Source of the DNA: Phoronis australis
Lineage: Eukaryota; Animalia; Phoronida
Reading direction: 5' to 3'
NCBI GenBank assembly: GCA_002633005.1
Contig: NMRA01000001.1
Location: forward strand, 23,527 to 87,526
Length of the DNA stretch: 64,000 bases
Shown: positions 1 through 13,598 of the stretch, one piece after another
Layout: every line of letters begins with the position of its first letter
Numbering within the stretch: position 1 is the stretch's first letter
Position numbers and translations under genes: made by a program
The notes under the pieces: model-generated
The model's input: only the letters and a program-made list of their open reading frames with translations
Told to the model about the DNA's origin: nothing
Databases searched by the model: none

Positions 1-469
1 AAAATGGCCCTGTTCTTCAATACTACCATCCCAAACTCTACAGTTATGTACTGTGGAATTTGTAAAAAATGACTAAATACTGCTTCGGATCATCGCAGCA
101 GAGACTATGCAAAATTATAACATACATGACCTAGAATAGGGTCGTCTTGAAGTAACACAACACCACTCCTATTCTAACGTATATACCCACAATGCAACAC
201 ATGTGACAAGAACCTGTCCAGTATTTCACAAGCAAGATTAAGTCACAATCTCTTGTGGCAATGAAGGCAAACTGATGTATTATTGCAGTTTGGGCAGAAA
301 CACCAACACCACGACATTGACTAAAAAGGCAGAAACCAGTCTTCAAAACAACTTCCCTGTTAATGAACTCTGGAGTGCAATTATTCCTTTTCTACTTTTC
401 CAGGCTTCAACGGAAAATTACATGCACAAAAGCACTGAAATGACACACATGTATTTAGCCTGAACTTAC

Positions 470-1056
470 CACCACAACTGATGGGATGCTTTGAGAATCA
501 GATTCTGTAACTTGACTATCCTTAGCAAAGGCAAATTGTAACTTCGGTGGACGGTCCGACTTCTTATCCTCACTCTGTGTCCGCTCAAATGTTGATCGCG
601 GACCATTTGGCTTGTGCCTCAGTGATGGACTGCTGGAGCTGAGTCCCTGCGATCTCTCGGGTGTTTTACGGCTGTCGTTTTGACTGGAATTCATATCGCT
701 TTGTTTCAAAACATCATCAATACATGTCTCTAATGGAATGACGGGCAAAAGGCCATCATGTGTGTCACGCCTGGAACGTTCTGGAAATGACTCATCAGCT
801 GTGCTCGTCTGCTCCTCATCTGCAATGTATCCACTAGTATTCGGGCTCAGAATATTTGGATGGCTCGTTGCCATATAGTTCCCGTTGTCCTTCTTGCTGA
901 TCTTATCACTTTTGCGACCAAGAAATGTTTTTGTTGTACGACGGAAACTCTTCCAGAGGCGTTTCCGACGGCTCATGGATGGAGAAGCAGACGCATGTTC
1001 CACTTGGCGGACGTCACTTGTGCTCTTGGACATTCTGTCATCAAAGGCAAGGTCAT
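470..1056 (-). CDS. Internal coding exon of a minus-strand gene continuing beyond the window start; Ser/basic-rich disordered N-terminal region, tentatively MCTP-like (multiple C2 and transmembrane domain protein)
   Basis: 587-nt open exon bounded by acceptor ttattccaccag|AT (phase 1) and donor GTG|gtaagt (phase 0); covers ORF 455..1033. LWKSFRRTTKTFLG and ATSHPNIL loosely resemble N-terminal motifs of vertebrate MCTP2/MCTP1 (from memory; identity is weak). Confidence 0.6.
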
Positions 1057-3949
1057 CTGGTGGAATAAATTGAAATTATTTAGGGAAAAATTGACAAAAT
1101 ATTAAAAAAATAAAACTTACAAGAACAAAGAATTTACATCACAGCACGGCCAATTTAATTCTGATAAAAAGTAATCTTTCTAGGACACCTTCTACTTGAT
1201 ATAACTATCAAGGCAAATGCTACTTATTTGTGGCCAACAAACCACAGCTATGATCAATTGTTAGCTTTAGAAGCTATGTAAAGTAAGTCTTAACTGAAAA
1301 ATACCATCTTCAAGAAATATCTTGATGCCTCAATTGACAGCAGTTTCTTTGTCATTTAAGGAATATAAGAACGTCAAATTTCTCATTTTTAACTTTGCAA
1401 TTACCCAGCTCACTCAGATTGACGACCAGGCTTAGCTTAACACCCACCTGCGAAATTTCAAAATTATTACACAGTGCTCATACTAGTACGCAGCCTAAAT
1501 ACCCCCCCCCCCAATTCATAGGATTAATGACTTCATTAAATGTGCCTTTGTCTCTGTAAACAGTCATCTCACGCCAGTTATTATAAACTCCAACAATGTA
1601 AGAAACTCATCAAGATAAACTCTCACCAATTTAAGGCACAAAGTGGTCAGAAAGTCACATTTCACCTGTGTTTTTTCCATGTAGCGCCAAACTGAGTGAT
1701 TTTCTCTGCTCAAGTTTTGTACCAAAACTACCAACAAAGTTGCGAAAAAAATGTTTACATTCACAACAAGGTAAGAGATCATAGAAAAATGAAAACAATC
1801 ATTTTTGTACAAATTTGGTGAGATTTACTGTGCTTTGCGTAACCAACATTCAAAATTTCAATGACACCTTGCCAAAACTGGTACTTTCCTGTTATTTTTT
1901 ATTTGACTTTTGCAGTAAATTGTTGCATTTAGATGAAGTTGCCAATAGGATAAATCTCCATCATGTGATTGATAAAATTTTATTTTGTTTCCACAACTAC
2001 TTGCTCAGTTTAATGTGTCCCAAGCGCCAACCCGGACTTCATGGCTACCTACCATTTTCATTGGCCAAGACATAGAGAACAAAACAAACAGAATCAAAAC
2101 AATATAACCATATTTCCATGCAGGTACAGCTAACTTCTCACAGTAAAATTATTCTCTCCTAGAAGTATCACAGAAGGGCTAAAACGCTGCCAAGAATATT
2201 CAACGTGCTCGGCTGGGTCATTTTCCCCAATAGAAAGATTTCTCACCACCTAGAATCACTTAAAACATGTTCACTCTCTGCATGTTTTTAGTTGAGGTGA
2301 GCGGACTAGCTACAAAAGTTACAAAAACGCCAGTAGTTTTGGGGTACCTCTAGCTGCCAGCAAAGCGCAAGTAAAACTGACACTTGCTATCGAAAGTGGA
2401 AGCGAAAGCACTGTGTCCCAGCTAGTGGTGTGAACGGGGCATAACTGAACATTGAAGTTGCATCAGTAACCATGACTATGAAATCGGTATTTTGTTCCTT
2501 ACTCAAAAACGCAGTGATTTCTGGGTTTGTCAAGAACTTTAATGGTTAATCGTACAAATCATGCTCCTCACATCAGTGACATGCTGTGACTAGGCAAAGA
2601 AGAGCCTCACTCAGATCTGGGCAATAAGGTTATGAAATTATCGTCGATTTGATTGATCAGCAATTTCGGACCAATTTTTAAATTATAAGTAGTCCTGATC
2701 AAATTTTTTCTGATGGAAGGTCAGTTAATTGCCACTTAAAGTAATTAATTCACATAAAAACTGTGGGATTTTTAAAAAATGTTATCAGGTACATGCGCAA
2801 AATCACTCCCCTAAACAAAACAAAATCTAGCATGATGTTAAAATTTAAAAAAAAGGAACTCAACAAATACATCTTATTTGAAAACAGGTTTTGTCATAGA
2901 TTTTGACTGACATGTGATCCATCTATACATGAGACGCAAACAAATTGATGATGAGTTTTGAAGTAACATGGTTATCTCACAGAATTAATGCCAACATATG
3001 TAGATTACCGTACCAACCTAATCTAGATTTAATTACACCAAAGGCTTGCATGTCCGCCCTTCCCTGTGACAACGTGCAGGAGATACCAATACCCAAGAAC
3101 AGTTTGGGTACTGGTGTCAAAATACCATGGACGATCTTTACACCAAGCACTCAACTACACTAATGATCACATACATGTAACCTGGCAACAGAAATGTACC
3201 GGTAACTCACGTTCTCCATTTCTCCATGTTTCTTACCTGAGGCTATCAGGTGAAGCGTATTTAGAAATTAATTTCAATGTTTATAAACATGGACATCTGG
3301 CTGTGTGTTAAGTGCACTCCTGCATACTTCTGACATGAGGACTAAAGGCTTGTGAAAGGGATGGGAAAGGGAAGGGAAAGTGTTGACAAAGACTGCTGTT
3401 ACTACGGCAAATATAAAAAGAATCGAATTGAAATGGGCTTTGGCATATCAATATCGAAATCGGTTACTCTCGCATCACATTTCCATTTCAATTGAATTGA
3501 GACAGTCTTCACACTCTATGTCATTACCACAGACAAAAAATAGATGGCATCAAAATGCCCCCGTTTTAGCTTTGTATAACTAACTCCACACCAAAATCCA
3601 AAACGACAGAGCAGGTGTTCAGAATCCTACCAATTTCAATAATCGATGATTGGACACTGCACGGTAACCCATCATGATTACCAAGAATGAACTTACTTTC
3701 AAATACTAAATTTTTGTTCGTGAAACCATAAAAAATTCATGATAAAGAAAGATATCAACACAGAAATCATAAATGGATTGTTTTATGTAAACATCATCAT
3801 CTACGAGGCAATGATTTTTAAGGGAGACCTCGCACACTGCAGGTTTGATTTGCGCGAGGCTTGCAAATCGTTTCTCTATTCTGAAACCTACAAAATAACG
3901 TTCACTACAATCCGTCTTGTCTCCATGCTACAACGAGCAGGCTCAAGAC

Positions 3950-4011
3950 ATGGTCACGTGACTACAAACTATGGTCACATGACTACAAACTATGGTCACA
4001 TGACTACAAAC
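3950..4011. repeat. 21-bp tandem repeat x3
   Basis: atggtcacatgactacaaact repeated. Confidence 0.85.
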
Positions 4012-4229
4012 TTCCATGCATTAAGGACTTTAAAACCATAGTAGTAATCGTAGTAGTAATACACTTCATTCACGTTAAGACAAAATATACAATTAATACA
4101 CCTCAACACTTATGGAGACTCCATGAAGGACCTGAAGTAACCGCTGACCACAGAGCTGCCAGAGAATGAAAATACAACATTACAGGTAATCAAAATTACA
4201 AAATTAGGTGATACTTCAAAACAACGTTC

Positions 4230-4750
4230 TTAATATATATATAATTTATAACAGAGGATAACGAATGGGTAAAAATTTTTGAGAAACACTTTCAGGAAAG
4301 TTATTAATTATTTGAGGTAGGGCATTGCGAACTGAATCTTCAGTAAATGATTTAGTACAACGGGGAATTTGTACAAGATGTCCTTGCCTAGTGTAATGTT
4401 CATGAACAGATTTACGGGTTATTAAATTGAACGTGTTAAAAAATGAAGGTAGTTATTACGAACACATTTGTAGAAAAATTTGATAATAGCAACAACATGC
4501 AAGTCCTTTATTTTAAGTATCTGTGTAGTCCTGAATAAAGGATCTGTATGGGAATTAAAATAACTAGAGGTAATAAATAAATTGCGAATAACATTTTCTG
4601 TAATTTGAATATTCTATGATGTTCACACCCCCATAACAGAATGCCATAATTAAAATGAGGAAGGACAAGGCCATTATATACAGTTTTCAAAGTTTCAAAG
4701 GGCAAGAAATATTTAATGTTATGAAGACCACCACAGAGTCTGCTCATCTC
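4230..4750 (-). mobile_element. Decayed non-LTR retrotransposon (CR1/L2-like) ORF2 3' fragment
   Basis: Translation LPFETLKTVYNGLVLPHFNYGILLWG...IFKLQK matches the typical post-RT region of LINE ORF2; frameshifted downstream. Confidence 0.7.
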
Positions 4751-7700
4751 TCTTTCATACAGTTGTTAAACTGTCCACTAATGAACAACAACAGTCACTT
4801 CAGTTTTCAAAGAAACATCAATAGGTGCATATTTACCAACCATCTGATACTTCAATAGGCAAAAACTTCTATTATGTATTGAAAATTTCAGGTTACAATA
4901 GTTATTTTTTCATTAAAGTTCAAGCACAAATTATATTTAAAAACACAAAGAATAGCCGAGACAGTATACCAATCAGTCTGCACATGCTCGGATATTTCTG
5001 AAGTTTGACTTTTAGTCACTATTTCCTGATTATATATCGATATTTGGCCCATTAACACGCTTCATTCTTTTGAAGGCACACCTACGGAAATTGGTTTCAC
5101 ATTATATCCTGGCCAGACCCGAGAGTGTTTGAAAGCATGGATAGAGTGAGCGCAAAGATATACTACAACAACAGCTTGCGATATTGTGGTTTAAAGATGC
5201 ATTTAACACGTTCAAAATACCTGTCACCTAATCATATTTGGGTTCTTAACCAAAGACTTAAAACAGACACCCGCTCTGCGATCATCTCACGGGAAATGGT
5301 AATTTTTCTTGCATCATTCACTTATATGGGCATCCGTCTGCCACCATTTTTGAATTTCAAGGTTGGCCAACCCCAAAGAAATCAATGATTTTTTGGTCGT
5401 GTTTCTTGACCTGTTGAGGGTTTGTATTGGAAACATAAAACGAGTCCTACCACGGTAGGGGAAATATTGAGACTGATTTCACCTGAGTGAGAGGCTTAAT
5501 GTGATTTACATTTTAGCCAGATAAACTTGGCAAACTGCAGCTCACGTAGTTCAACAATGATAATACTACAAGGTGCTAGGTCAGACCTGAAAAATTATAC
5601 ATTCAAACATTGAGACACACAATTGTCCAAGTTCTAAATAAGGACTCAAGGTATCATGGATACATAGCAATTCTAAGCCATCAAGTACCTGCTTTTGCAA
5701 TCAAGTCTTGACAGGGTCCTCTGTGGACTCAGGGAATAGACCACTGTAGCAAACACTTTGCAATCACGAAAAGCCAACCAAATAACCACAGACAGACTTC
5801 AGTGAAAAAATCCTGCGGACACAATACCTTTCGCCGTTATAATGGAAATTATCATGGCTCGAATGGCGGGATTGGCAACTATACAATTGGCATGACAACA
5901 TGCTGGTAGGAAATATGAACGATTGTAATGCTGGGTAAATTTTCACAGCAAATACCGCACTCGTCCGAGTTGATATCCATGTTCGACTTGATGCCCACTT
6001 GAAAAATTTGAAAATTTTATTTTGTTTAAAAACACCCATGCATGGATTAACAACCACCCCAATATATGCAATTGGCCTTTCCTTGAATGAACTCAACATA
6101 TTTTTGTGAACAACAGGCAAATTTTCCTTCCAAAACGTACTTTTATTGATGCAGTTTGAGAATCAGTTATGGTGATGGTCACTAATACAGTGGTCCCGAA
6201 AATTGTCAGAATCATTTTTCTCCACTGAATAATGGGAATCAAACTTTGGTTCTGGTAAGTAACTACTGTCCATTTACATTTGAGCAACAGAGTTTTCATA
6301 ACAAGCCTTCTAATTATTATTCTTCACAAGTTTGTCTTTTGCACGCGAGTTAAAAGAGTTTACTCAAGTCCACTTTTCAGCTCATTCTCCACCCTCCATT
6401 GCACAAAAACATGGTCATGTGTCATTATATCAAATTTGCTGGATAGATTAAAGTGAATCTGGTACAAAGATACAGAGGGGGAAGAGTATGGTAGACAGTT
6501 GTCACCTCACTTGGTCAAAGTAAATACAGGCAATTCAGAAAGTGTCCAAAACACAAATGCGTGAAATGATCAACTTCCTTCAACCATATCGGAGCATAGA
6601 TATAGTCTCGCTAATTTGGGACAAAAACAATTGTCAAAACTACCTGTTTTTTGTTTTCACTGGCTGCTAACAATATTTGACATATTATACGGTAAAAGCC
6701 AACAGTATTCAGACAAAATGACCGGGAGTTTTCCGCCATCACCTTTGGGCAGGTCAGCAGTCTAATCCCCAATGACCCAGAAGGAAAGAAATTAACAGAA
6801 GAGTTACTAAGGTGGCTAAGGTACTCTGCAATTATAACATTGTGGCCTTAATAGTTGTTAAATGAGTCATTTTTATTTTTAACAGAATTAGTGCTCATGG
6901 CAAAATGTCACTTTGTCTGATTACTTTAATTTGTCTTGAACTGTGTAGCACACATCACAGAGCTTGAAAGTCAGGAAAGACATTCATTTGACATACTAGG
7001 ATACAGAAAAAATGTTTAGAAAAATGAGAAAATAAATTTTGTTTAAGTGCTCCTACTTGAAGATTAGAAATCAGATCATTAAGGTGCATCTGCTGCTGAA
7101 GACTGAGCAGTCAAGGTTAAAGTCTTAAGGATCGTAGAAAAATGTCCGATTGTGGCCATCATTTTTAAACCTGATCAGATTCACATGAATCTTTTCCATA
7201 ACTTATAGGGCTTCATACACCGGATGTTCTCCATTGAAAACTCTACAAGGAATTGGTTTTGAATGTTCCACTTTTGCATGAGGTGCTATCAAAATTGGGC
7301 CTTCTTTAATGAAAACATGTTAAAGTTACACGAGATGAAAACAAAAAGCTAAACTTTAAGAAAACTGCAACAACCCAAATTTTCCTAAGAAAGCGTGGTC
7401 ACATAAATTTCCCTAAAAACATCACGGTCACGTGAGCGGCAGATTTCAGAAAATGAACTTCTGTCCATGCAGTTAAATTCTGTAGATCTATAGATATATG
7501 GTTGAATGCACAGACATTTGGACAAAGTCATTTATAACATAAACATCTCATAATCACGTAGAATTTGCAAAATAGTTGTCAGTCAAACGGAGTACAACAT
7601 GCAGGTCCAATAGCCGAATGCTTCCAGATGCTAACATTACATTGCCACAGTGCATTCTTAAAATCGTAAATGGCCTGTGCACAACTCATTCTGAAACCAA

Positions 7701-7779
7701 AAAGATGCCATCAGTCAACAGAACCTCAACACTAATCCCAGGTGTTATGATGCGACACTTGGGTAAAAAAGCGAAAGAA

Positions 7780-7948
7780 CGTATCCCACTTTTCCTAACA
7801 TCATAACGTGTCCCACTTCTCCTAACATGTCCCACTTCTCCTAACATGTCCCACTTCTCCTAACATCATAACGTGTCCCACTTCTCCTAACATCATATCG
7901 TGTCCCACTTCTCCTAACATCATAACGTGTCCCACTTCTCCTAACATC
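7780..7948. repeat. 27-bp minisatellite (~6 units, some truncated)
   Basis: tcataacgtgtcccacttctcctaaca units. Confidence 0.9.
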
Positions 7949-9629
7949 AGCTGACAACAAGACTTTTTCGGAAATACGGAAAAAACACATCACATTTATT
8001 TTTTGGTTAACAAAGCTTACAGGTGATCTTCCAAGTATTGTACAGTTACAAAATGTTACCTTTGACTCTAAGCAGCTCTGAGCCCAAATAAACCACATCA
8101 AAGTCATCCTTCGACTCCATGACATCACAGAACTTGAGAACATGCTTAGAATTGCTATACATATTTGTAAATGTGATAAATGTTCATGTCCTAAGTGTTC
8201 ACTGCTTCACAGAATGCAGAAATTGTTATCGAGACACCAGTGCCAAACTGTGAACTGGGTACAAGCAGATGTGGTCAGGAAAGCTGATCAATTTCAGATG
8301 GATTGATTTACCAACTCTATCAGAGGTGTAAATTAATTATCATACCCAAGAGGCAGACTTTATGGAGACTTACAATTGCCATCCTCCAAGGAATTTTTAA
8401 ACAAAAATGAAACATACTCCTATTTGTGGTGGACACCCATAGAATGTTAATGCATAATTCACAAGTCAGGTCGGTCACCCTGGATACATTTCCAGTCCTT
8501 TTGACTTTCCTTTACTTCAAATGACAAATTTTGAACATCAATTTTTCGTCTGCACAGTCAGAAAGAATCACCCGATTCCAACAGTTTACACTGGAATATA
8601 TGAGGGAAAGGTGTCTTAGATGTTTTTAGTTTCCAAAACGAAGACCAGAGACATTAATTTAACTGATACAGGTTTAATGAAATATTATACATATATATAA
8701 TATCGTTTAAAAAAAGTTGCTAAATTACAATGAAATTTGCCTTGCTACTTCAAAGTCATGGTCAAAAACCAAACGAAAACCAGGATGAAAATACACAAGA
8801 TTACTTGAATGCGGGGAAATTTTGCTTCGAATTTTCTACCAGAATGAACATTGTGAACTTTTTGAGAACAATTGTTGTGCTCTTTTTTGAGCGTGAATAA
8901 CAAAAAGGAGGCTAAATTCGATGCCAACTGACAGTAAAATATAATTTCCTACAAACATGAATGGACCATAATAGTGAAGACCAAAGTGTTGAGTGCAACT
9001 GTAAAGGTACACAACTGCACTGTACAACCAGAATGAAACCCTTGGCTAATCTATATTATCAGGTACTATCAACATGTGAGATGATTTTACACAACAAAGA
9101 TAAGAGATCAATAAAACAAAACCAGACAGCCAAGGGTTTGAATCTCCAGAATACCTGATATCATTTCCTTATTTGTTCTGATCCCTGTACAAACTAATTG
9201 AGATAACTGCACAGATACTGCACAGCAAACCCCCATAGCAGCAAAGATAAACCTCAAAGAATGTTGAGGTACACAGATTGCAGATATTTTTATGAATAGG
9301 CAGCAGGGAAGTGATACCTTTAGTTGCAGTCAAATGACTGTAGCAGGTAGAGCCTTACTGTCTACAAGGACCATTTGTAAATACCCTAGGTAAACAAATT
9401 ACAAGAGTTTTGAAAATTCACTCTATCATACTGGACTAGGTTGCATAAAACTTCAAAACTATCCATTGGATAAGTTTGGTTGTTGCATGATGCCAGGTGC
9501 ATTATTCAACAATAGCAACATGGCCTGCGATAATGCCAAATCATTGAATGCTATGCAGTGTGAGTTATGTGCAGCCTATAACTTTTGTGCAACTGGGCCC
9601 CCGATGTCCAGCCCCATTTCGACTACTGT

Positions 9630-9867
9630 CAGTGGCAGATCTACGATTTCAGTAAGGGGGGGTTTAGGATTCGAAAGAATCCGAGGTGCGTAGCGCCGCG
9701 GAGAAGGAAGGTCGCGAGAGGGTTTCCCTCCTCCCGTGTAAGATTTTTTGGGATTTTTAGTAGCTAATTTCGTTTTTCTGGCGATTTTTTTTCCAGTTTT
9801 TATTTTTGATCCTGTCCCGAGGGGGGGGGTTTAAACCCCCTGAACCCCCCCTGTAGATCCGCCTCTG
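9630..9867. mobile_element. MITE-like non-autonomous element with terminal inverted repeats and 5-bp TSD
   Basis: Ends cagtggcagatctac / gtagatccgcctctg; flanked by direct ACTGT (9625-9629, 9868-9872); GC-rich relative to flanks. Confidence 0.8.
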
Positions 9868-11011
9868 ACTGTCCATCCAAAGTTTAAAACAATTCACTTT
9901 TAAACAAGGAGCATATTCTGCTTAGTTTGATTTTAACAAAGCACTTCAGTCATTTACTTATTTTACATTTTAATACTTTGGCACTGACAATGGAGTGGGT
10001 TTTAATTTTTAAAACGAAACATTATGAAAAATTTTATTGAAATATTCCCAAGGTTGATTTTGACAAAATTGTTGTTCAGTTCCATAAAACGGAACTGATT
10101 GTGATTTGCACAGCCCATTACTTATCCACACTGAGACAGAAGGTGTCATATTGGATCCAGGACCATGATACCAACTTGGCTCGCACTTCACCAGGGAAAC
10201 AAAACAAATACCAGGCAATAGGCTGCATTCTCAGCATGGACAGAAGAGCCACCTGTAGGTTAAATTAGTGTCCAGCCATGAACAGATCGCGCTCCGTTCC
10301 GGGGCAAACATAAGAAATGGACAATGGCAGTTTCAAGCTTTTACATCGCCAAACTGGAAATATTTTACAGTGTATACTAATCTATGTATTGAGCCTACAA
10401 TGTTTACACAAGATCACACAAGATGAACAAAATGAAGCACACAAGATCATGATGTAGGAAGTCATATTGAAGTCACTATCTGATTGGCCTGCCATCTATT
10501 GACAAAAAGCTCAGGATGGTCTTCGGTCTAGTGAGCTCCTTGTAAAAAGGTTAACGGTTCTGGTGTCACACATCAATATTTGAATTCTAATGAACTTGGG
10601 TCGTTCTTTGAATGAAATACTCCAATAACCACATACCTTGTCATTTATTGATCCAGCATTGTGTAAACAATTTACAAAGAAACAGTGACACAGAGAATAT
10701 TAACATAAGGAACAGTCACAGTAAACTGGTGACATGTTCTATAATGAATGCAGATCACAAACCAGGATTGTTTGCATTCCTAATTCTCAAGATCCAACTA
10801 AAAACCAGATTTATAACATAAAAACAAATTTTGAAAATGGTTCTACTGTCACGCAGATGACCTGCTTTTGACTTACTCTTCTGATTTACAAGACCTTTCA
10901 CTAACTTAAATCTGGTGTGAGAGTAGGGTTGATGTAAATTGCAAAGTTAGTGGAACTATTCATACCTCAGCCTCAGTAGTTAACAGACATTGAAGTAAAC
11001 GGTAGGTGATG

Positions 11012-11429
11012 CAGGCCTTTATCCAGGATTTCGAAAATAGGGTGTCCAAAATGGGGTTCCCAATATTCCGGGGCGTTCATGATTCCGACACATAACCCCC
11101 CGACCCCCAGCAATCCCCCCAAACACACAGATTTTTTTTTACCAAAAATGTGTAGACCAAGGTTTTTACAATGCTATCAACCAAGTGTGAGCATAGCAAC
11201 ATTGTATATACTTTGTATACATTGTATATTTCTTCCTGCTTTGAAAAAAGAGCCTCCACTGTGAGTCTCTAGGCTTCCTAGTAATCATTACAATGTGTGT
11301 GTCCAAACTTGAAAGGTTCCTATTGACAGTGGGCGTCCAAATGATACATTGTGCATCCTTGCCAGGGAGTCCATTTTAGTGCTAGGGCGTTCATTTGGAC
11401 ACCCAGGACGTAGGCTGCATAAAGGCCAG
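11012..11429. mobile_element. MITE-like element; an inverted partial copy lies at ~17010-17292
   Basis: Ends caggcctttatccag / ctgcataaaggccag; 11150-11428 is a close reverse complement of 17010-17292. Confidence 0.75.
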
Positions 11430-11874
11430 AGGTGATGCTGCCGCCTTCAGAAGTAATGGCAAATAAGCAGTGGCCCCTGCTGCATGACACTTCGAGGAGA
11501 CTGAACTTGCCCATTGTCAATGAGGAGTTGTGGTCAGTAAAAGGATAACTGTGAACTTTAACAGGCAAGAATCTCATCCAAATTTGGAAGATTTCATATC
11601 AATCATGAAGGTGTAATCCAATCTGTTTGATCATGGACTCCCTTACCACCCAGGGGGGTACTCTGCTCAAACTATATTTTTGATGGGAGGTGCTCATAAC
11701 TACAAAAACACAGATTTGTCTAAAGTCGATAACATAGTCAGGCAAGAGGAACCCCTCCCCTCCCTCATGCCACCCCTCTCCCCCTCATGGCTACTTGTTT
11801 GCTGATTGGGGGGGGAGTGTGCGTCAGTTAAAGGTGATTCTTTTCAATAAAAAGCGCTTCCCATTTAAAAACGG

Positions 11875-12063
11875 ACTTTCCCACTTTGTCCAAAACTGAA
11901 ATGTAATATTACAATATAGATAAATATCAACATTTTGACTTTAAATTTAGCTTGTAATCGAGAAGGGGAAATGATCAATTACAAACCAAATTTAAAGACA
12001 AAATGTTGATATTTATCTAAATTATAATATTTCATTTCAGTTGGGACAAAGTTAGAAAGTCCC
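11875..12063. repeat. Long imperfect palindrome (~85-bp arms, ~12-nt loop)
   Basis: ggactttcccactttgtccaaaactgaaatg...gataaatatcaacattttgactttaaattt pairs with aaatttaaagacaaaatgttgatatttatc...catttcagttgggacaaagttagaaagtcc. Confidence 0.85.
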
Positions 12064-13552
12064 TTTATAATTGGATGGAAACTGATGAAAAGAATTTTGT
12101 GTGACTTAAAAATGTTTTTCAGAGGGCAATGAAGCAGATATTTGGCTCTCCAAAAATTGAGGGTTCGGGGAGATGAAGACCCTAAAGTACTTTGCGGAAT
12201 ACATGCAGAATATTAAATCACGGATGGAGATGTCTACGATGCATCCTCCTCCTTCTGTAAGTCCAGTAATTGATTTAATTTTCTACATATTATTTACTCA
12301 ACTGAATGACTGAATCATATAAGTTTGTGAAGTAAGTACTAATTATTAGATCAGGACATGTCCCTTTGAACATAATATATCGGTATCTTGTTCATAACAC
12401 AAACTAGTTCTGTTACTAGTGGTGAGTGAGCACATTATATCCCTGGATCCTGGAGAGGGTCCCCCACACAGAATGTTCAGGTTTGTAATAAGGACACTAG
12501 CAATTATGCATCTGGTGTTGTAAGACCTTATTCAATAAATGAATGGAGATTTTCAGCAAGTTAGGAAAATTGAACTGCTTGGGATGACATTCAGACTGGT
12601 GTTAAATCTGGGATGGGTCAAGGGAAGGGGGACCAGACAGTGCTACCGTCTCTACTTAGCAGCTGAGACAGTGATACTTTCTAGGGGGTGGGGTCGCAAC
12701 CTGGAGTGTTGAAGGAATATGTTGGATAACCTATACAGCGGCAAGCCAGTGGCACCCTTGTCCCCCCAAATGTGCCTGCAAAACAACTTGATGTTTTATA
12801 CAAAAAAACAACTTTCAGCAGCCACTGCGTCGAAATAAATTATTTCATTGATAACAAACGTTCGAAAACTTTTGAATTCTCATTCCAAGCCTAAATACTT
12901 GAGCAAAAATTAATAGTTGACATTGTGTTTTAAAGCAAAGCAATGGAATAGGGATTAATCCCTGAATATACCAAGCTGAAGGTTAGTGATAGTTGTGCAA
13001 GCAAGGTGACCACAAAGTTTCATGTAAACTACCTAAACTGTTCTAGGTCACCAGGTTTGAACAGTGACCCAAGAGTTTTCAAAACTGACCTATATTTAGC
13101 ATGCAACTATTTTCATACTGAACATCTTTTGACTTTGATGACAGACTTAAGCACAAACTTGTAAAGTGCAAACTCGTACAGTTGAGTCATCTCCTAATTT
13201 TCGGTATTAAAACCCCGACGACCTACAGCACTTCAGTAAGCTATTTAAAAACAGCGACTTTGATGATTGTTTAATGTGGGCAAAAAAATTTTGACTCCAG
13301 TTTTCAACAGTCACACCGCAGCCCTGGTGGATGCAATGTCAGGTCCCCTCTAAATGAGTGTGACCACTGCATTAAATATGTTCTTTTTCATCATTATCGT
13401 GTGAGATACTCAGACGGCATAATTATTGCCTGGAAACAATATTAATAGCTGTCAAGGGAAAAATAGTCCGTTCCTTATTGTACAAACTGTTAGAGAAATC
13501 TCCATGATAGCAAGTAACAGCATATGTTCACGAAAACAACAACGGATTTAAA

Positions 13553-13598
13553 ACTTGACATGTTTCGGTGTCATATATTAAACACCATCCTCAGAAGT
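13553..13598 (-). ncRNA. Minimal type I hammerhead ribozyme (Penelope-type)
   Basis: Minus strand reads ACUU CUGAGGA U GGUGU uuaauauaug ACACC GAAA CAUG UC AAGU: canonical core, stem I, stem II, palindromic ACAUGU stem III and GUC cleavage triplet. Confidence 0.75.

Noticed and set aside
5000-6300. Short ORFs possibly from a decayed gene or transposon
   Set aside because: No recognisable motif or consistent splice structure.
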